NCBI GenBank assembly: GCA_002840355.1 | Contig: PHAL01000006.1 | Coordinates: 3,303-67,302 of the forward strand | DNA length: 64,000 bases | Reading direction: 5' to 3' | Source of the DNA: Elusimicrobia bacterium HGW-Elusimicrobia-3 | GTDB lineage: Bacteria > Elusimicrobiota > Elusimicrobia > Elusimicrobiales > UBA9959 | Part shown: positions 60,355 through 64,000 of the stretch, one piece after another | Layout of the letters: each line of letters opens with the position of its first letter | Position numbering within the stretch: the first letter of the stretch is position 1 | Notes under the pieces: generated by a model | The model's input: only the letters and a program-made list of their open reading frames with translations | Database searches by the model: none | Told to the model about the DNA's origin: nothing | Program-made: the position numbers and the translations under genes

Positions 60355-62856
60355 ATGGAAAAACAACGGAAAGAGTCCCGCGCGGCGCGTTTTCTGCTGC
60401 CCGCGTTGGCCCTGCTGGCCGCGGCCGCGGCCGCCCGCCAGCTGGTCTCCGGCCGGGTCTACTCCGTGCAGGATTTCTCCCATTACGCCGACCGCGGCGA
60501 GATGCTGTTCCACGCTTTCGCCGACAAAGCCGTCAGCTACAGCATGCCCCTGCTGAGCCTGCTGGTCTCCACCGCGCAGTACCACCTCGGCCTCCACCCC
60601 GCGGCGCTGGTCAAAGCCGCCGGACTGCTGCTCTGCCTGCCGGCTTACGCCATGGGCGCGCGCGGCGGCGGCCGGGCCCGCGGGGCGCTGTTCGCGCTGG
60701 CGGTGCTGGCCGTCAACCTGGGCTATGCCGCCCAGGAGGCCGAGCAGACCATCTACTCCCTCACGCTGCTGGTGTTCCTTAACGCCGAGCTGCTGCGGCA
60801 GGCTCGCGGCGGCCTGGCCCTGGCCGGCCTCAGCGGCCTGGCCGCGGGCGTAACGCTGCTGGTTCGTTCACCGCTGTTCGCTTTCCCGCCGCTGGCCGCG
60901 GCCTTCCATTACTTCTCGCGGCGGCCGCCCGCAAAAAAATGGCTGCTGGCCTCCGGCCTGCTGCTGGCCTGCGCCTACCTGCCGCTGGCGCCATGGGCCA
61001 GGCTCAATTACGGACTGTTCGGCCGCCTCATCCCCTTCGAGGAGGAGCGCTCCACCTGCAATATCATCACCGGCGCCGCCGGCGTGATCTACACCATAGA
61101 GGGCGACGCGCGCGCCTACGCCGGGCTCTCGCGCACCGAGAGCCCTTACCCGTGGGCGATAAGAAAGATAGCCGGCGCCCCGCTGAACTACGCCGGGGCC
61201 GTAGTCAAACGGGTCTGGCAGACGCTGCTGATGTTCCCGGGGCTGTTCGCGCTGGCCGGGCTCGGTCTGTTCCTCTCCCGCCGGCGGCGGGAGGCGCGCT
61301 TCATAGCTTTCCTGTCCTCCTATTACGTGCTCCTGCATTGCCTGCTCTCGATCGAAGAACGCTACTTCTTCCCGCTGCGCTACCTGCTGGCGCTGCTGGC
61401 GGCCGGCGGCGCCTGGGAACTGCTGGCCCGCGCCGGCCTGACCCGCGAGGAGGCCGGCCCGCGCGAACGCCTGACGCCGGCGCTGACGGCCGCCCTGGGG
61501 CTGGCCGCCGCCCTCACGCTGGGGGTGGTCTGGCGTTACCCCTCCGCCGCGCGGCCGGGCCTGATAGCGGCGCAGGAGGAACTGAAGAAGCACCCGCGCG
61601 ACGCCTGGCTGCACAAGAAAAAAGGCGAGACGCTGCTGGCCCTGAACCTGACCGCCCCCGGGCTGGCGTCCCTGCGCGAGGCCTGCCTGCTGGGCGCCGG
61701 CCACGATGTCTGCTGGCTGACCGGTGCGCTGGACGGCGTCCCCAACAACCCGCCCCGCTACGAGAACCATTACGAGCTGCTGCTGCTCAAGACGCTGCGC
61801 GAGCTGCAGCTGGGCCGCCGCGCCGAAGCCGCGGCGACCTTCGCCGAAGCCGAGGCGTTCTGGAGCACGGCGCGCAACGGCATCAAGGCCATCCCCTACG
61901 AGGCCGACCTGGCCCACCTGCGCAGGATACGCGAGACCAACAAGACGCTCTGGGACATGGACCTGCACGGCGCGCTTTTCTATTTCCCCGCCGCCGAGCG
62001 GCCGGAGATCCTGCGCCGCCTGGGGCGCCTGACCCCGCTTACGCCCCGACTGAGCGCGATGATAAAAGAACCCGCCGGGCTAGAGCACGAAGGCTATGAC
62101 CTGGCGCTGGCCTACACCGGCGCGCTGCTGGAACGGGCGCACCTGGCCCCGGCTCCGGACGCCGGGCTGCCGGCGGCTGAAGGCGCTTTCATGCGCGCGC
62201 TGGCCGCGGCGGCCGGGCGCGGGGAGCTGGCCCGCCTGCTGATGACGGCGGCCCCAACCCCGGGCCAGGCCGCCTGGCTGTACCTGAATTCAGAGAACGC
62301 CGCCGAGGCGTACGCCGGAGAGGACCCGCTGACCGCGGCGGTGCGCTTCCTGGCCCTGCGGGGCCGGGACGGCGGCGGGCTGGTGAAGGCGCTGCGGAAG
62401 GCGCCGCTGGTGGCGCTGGCCGCGGCGCGCGAGCTCGCAGGCAGCGACCCGGCGGGCGCTCGGACCCTTATCGGAACCGCTCTCTCATCGGCGGAACGCT
62501 TCGAGTCCGCCAGGGCCGAAGCCGCGCTGCTCTACCAGGAACTGGGCGACCACGCCGCCAGCGCCGCGCTGAACCGGGCGCTGCTGGGCAAGAACCCCGG
62601 CTATCCCGGCATTTTCAATAACCTGGGGGTCTCGCTGCTGTTCCTGGGCAGGGAGCGCGAAGCCGAGGCCGCCTTCCGGCGGGCCCTGGCGGCGGAGCCC
62701 GGGGCCTACTCCCCGGCGCTTAATCTCGCCGCTCTGCTGGCGCGCCGCGGCGACGCCGCCGCTGCCGAAAGCTTCTACCGCGCCGCGCTGGCCAACCCGG
62801 CCCTGCCGCGGGCGGAGCGCGAACGCGTGGAACGGGAACTGGCCGGCATGAAATGA
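60355..62856 (+). CDS. membrane glycosyltransferase-like (GT39/ArnT/PMT-type multi-TM) protein with C-terminal TPR repeats
   Basis: The N-terminal ~400 aa contain ~10 TM helices. The C-terminal part has TPR-like repeats (LYQELGDHAASAALNRALLGKNPGYPGIFNNLGVSLLFLGREREAEAAFRRALAAEPG). Confidence 0.55.
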   Translation: MEKQRKESRAARFLLPALALLAAAAAARQLVSGRVYSVQDFSHYADRGEMLFHAFADKAVSYSMPLLSLLVSTAQYHLGLHPAALVKAAGLLLCLPAYAMGARGGGRARGALFALAVLAVNLGYAAQEAEQTIYSLTLLVFLNAELLRQARGGLALAGLSGLAAGVTLLVRSPLFAFPPLAAAFHYFSRRPPAKKWLLASGLLLACAYLPLAPWARLNYGLFGRLIPFEEERSTCNIITGAAGVIYTIEGDARAYAGLSRTESPYPWAIRKIAGAPLNYAGAVVKRVWQTLLMFPGLFALAGLGLFLSRRRREARFIAFLSSYYVLLHCLLSIEERYFFPLRYLLALLAAGGAWELLARAGLTREEAGPRERLTPALTAALGLAAALTLGVVWRYPSAARPGLIAAQEELKKHPRDAWLHKKKGETLLALNLTAPGLASLREACLLGAGHDVCWLTGALDGVPNNPPRYENHYELLLLKTLRELQLGRRAEAAATFAEAEAFWSTARNGIKAIPYEADLAHLRRIRETNKTLWDMDLHGALFYFPAAERPEILRRLGRLTPLTPRLSAMIKEPAGLEHEGYDLALAYTGALLERAHLAPAPDAGLPAAEGAFMRALAAAAGRGELARLLMTAAPTPGQAAWLYLNSENAAEAYAGEDPLTAAVRFLALRGRDGGGLVKALRKAPLVALAAARELAGSDPAGARTLIGTALSSAERFESARAEAALLYQELGDHAASAALNRALLGKNPGYPGIFNNLGVSLLFLGREREAEAAFRRALAAEPGAYSPALNLAALLARRGDAAAAESFYRAALANPALPRAERERVERELAGMK

Positions 62857-62905
62857 GCCGGACCGGCGGGGCTATTTGTTATAATAATCCTGTATGGAGG
62901 GTACA

Positions 62906-63430
62906 ATGAAAAAAATTATTTTGACGGCCGCCTGCGCCCTGTTCGCCGGCAGCCTTAACGCGGCGGAATTCGAACTCAACGGCGCCAGCCTGGTGGACCA
63001 GGTAGTCGCCTCGGCCCCCGAGGTAAAGATCCCCGAGGCCCCCAAGCCGGCCAGGGCCAAAACCGGCAGCTATGTGCAGCTCTCCGGCTACGTCAGTCTG
63101 AGCGGCAGCGGCTGGATACACGGCGACAACGGCGGTTTCACCAGCGTTACGCTCTCCGGCTGGGGCAATTTCCGCGACTCTTCCGGCAGGATCACCAGCA
63201 ACAGCACGCACATCAGCGCCACCGCCTCTTTCTGGGTCCGCCCCAACCAGTCCATCTTCGAAACGGTGCGCCCCAACGTCTACGTGACGTTCTACCGCGA
63301 CGGCAGGATGGTCGGCTCCACGAGCATGACCGGCAGCATCTCCGTCAACGGCTGGCCCAGCTCCAACTATTTCAGCCTCAGCGGCTCCGGCTACCTGAAC
63401 GGCTCGATGTACGTGGAGGACGCGGACTAA
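62906..63430 (+). CDS. hypothetical exported protein
   Basis: Start at MKKIILTAACALFAGSLNA with a GGAGGG RBS. Ser/Gly-rich beta-type sequence. Confidence 0.5.
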   Translation: MKKIILTAACALFAGSLNAAEFELNGASLVDQVVASAPEVKIPEAPKPARAKTGSYVQLSGYVSLSGSGWIHGDNGGFTSVTLSGWGNFRDSSGRITSNSTHISATASFWVRPNQSIFETVRPNVYVTFYRDGRMVGSTSMTGSISVNGWPSSNYFSLSGSGYLNGSMYVEDAD

Positions 63431-63449
63431 AGGCCGCGCCTGCGCTGGG

Positions 63450-63479
63450 AGGGCGGCTTCAAAAGGCCGCCCTTTTTTA
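63450..63479 (+). terminator. intrinsic terminator
   Basis: GGGCGGC-ttcaaaag-GCCGCCC followed by TTTTTTATT. Confidence 0.55.
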
Positions 63480-63493
63480 TTATCATTCAAACT

Positions 63494-64000
63494 ATGAAGA
63501 TACTCGAAGGCAAAACCCTCTCGGCCGAAATACTCGGCGCGCTGCCGGCCCGCGTGGAGGCCGTGAAGGCCCGCCTGGGCAGGCCCCCGTCGCTGGCCAT
63601 CATCAATTACTTCGCCGACTCGCCCTCGGCCGTTTACGTCAAGCGCAAGATCGCCGCCTGCGAGAAGCTCGGCATCGCAGTTAAACTGTTCGCCCCGAAG
63701 CCCGAGGAAGGCTACCCGGCCTTCAAGGCGCTGCTGGCCAGGCTGGGGGCCGACGCGGCCTACGACGCCGTCATGATAGAGCGGCCGCTGCCTGACGGCT
63801 TCGAAACCAGGGAGACCTGGGACGCCGTGCCCGCCGCCAAGGACGTGGACGGCCTCTCCTCGCTGAACATGGGCCGCCTGTTCATCGCCAAGAAGTTTTC
63901 CGAGATAGAGAACGGCGGCTTCTTCTCGCCGTGCACCGCGCTGGCCGTGATACGCCTGCTGCGCTTCCACGGCATAGACCCGGCCGGCATGAACATAGCC
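63494..64000 (+). CDS. folD: bifunctional methylenetetrahydrofolate dehydrogenase/cyclohydrolase (partial, 3' end beyond window)
   Basis: MKILEGKTLSAEI...P.LA.I.......S..YV..K..ACE..GI and DVDGL...N.G.L, PCT motifs. The frame is open to the window edge, so it is absent from the ORF track. Confidence 0.9.
   Translation, partial: MKILEGKTLSAEILGALPARVEAVKARLGRPPSLAIINYFADSPSAVYVKRKIAACEKLGIAVKLFAPKPEEGYPAFKALLARLGADAAYDAVMIERPLPDGFETRETWDAVPAAKDVDGLSSLNMGRLFIAKKFSEIENGGFFSPCTALAVIRLLRFHGIDPAGMNIA

Noticed and set aside
60868-61968. 366-aa minus-strand ORF and the 386-aa alternative + frame ORF (60939..62099)
   Set aside because: Both overlap the GT39+TPR gene. Only the 60355..62856 frame gives TM helices followed by TPR repeats.
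62879-63970. 363-aa minus-strand ORF
   Set aside because: It spans an intrinsic terminator and is antisense to the exported-protein gene and to folD, whose identity is clear.

Overview
This 64 kb window is GC-rich and densely coding. It looks like chromosomal DNA from a diderm (Gram-negative-type) bacterium: it encodes TolC-family, FadL-type and other beta-barrel outer-membrane proteins, and kdsC. About 80% of the genes are on the minus strand, mostly in tightly coupled operons with 1-4 nt start/stop overlaps.

Housekeeping genes I recognise: mutS, mutL, pyrC-pyrD-pyrF-pyrE, asd, parA-parB with four parS sites, dus, kdsC, ccdA, folD (partial) and an ABC-F ATPase.

Envelope and efflux genes: a TolC+RND pair with no adaptor gene, a TolC-MacA-MacB-type operon, an orphan PilC/GspF-like protein and a GT39+TPR protein.

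I saw no rRNA, tRNA, CRISPR array, transposase or integrase.

The most interesting content:
- (1) A ten-gene minus-strand operon at 18.4-25.8 kb. It encodes an ArsR-type regulator with a BigR/SqrR-like Cys pair, TusA, a cysteine-poor MvhD-like protein, two HdrA/Qmo-like flavoproteins, a small unknown protein, a QmoC-like membrane subunit, a DsrE-like protein and a FadL/TodX-type outer-membrane channel. No AprAB, Sat or Dsr genes are in the window.
- (2) A cluster at 10-14.2 kb: a NikR-like regulator, a polytopic-membrane::THEP1-like NTPase fusion, DUF134, a NifX-like protein and a B12-radical-SAM enzyme.
- (3) Two diverged, oppositely oriented copies of a ~130 bp intergenic element with terminal inverted repeats. 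Both sit inside operons.
- (4) Four near-periodically spaced parS sites whose half-sites come in two lengths.

The many long ORFs antisense to real genes (up to 1219 aa) are GC-driven shadow ORFs and were rejected. All family assignments come from reading motifs in the translations. No database search was run.
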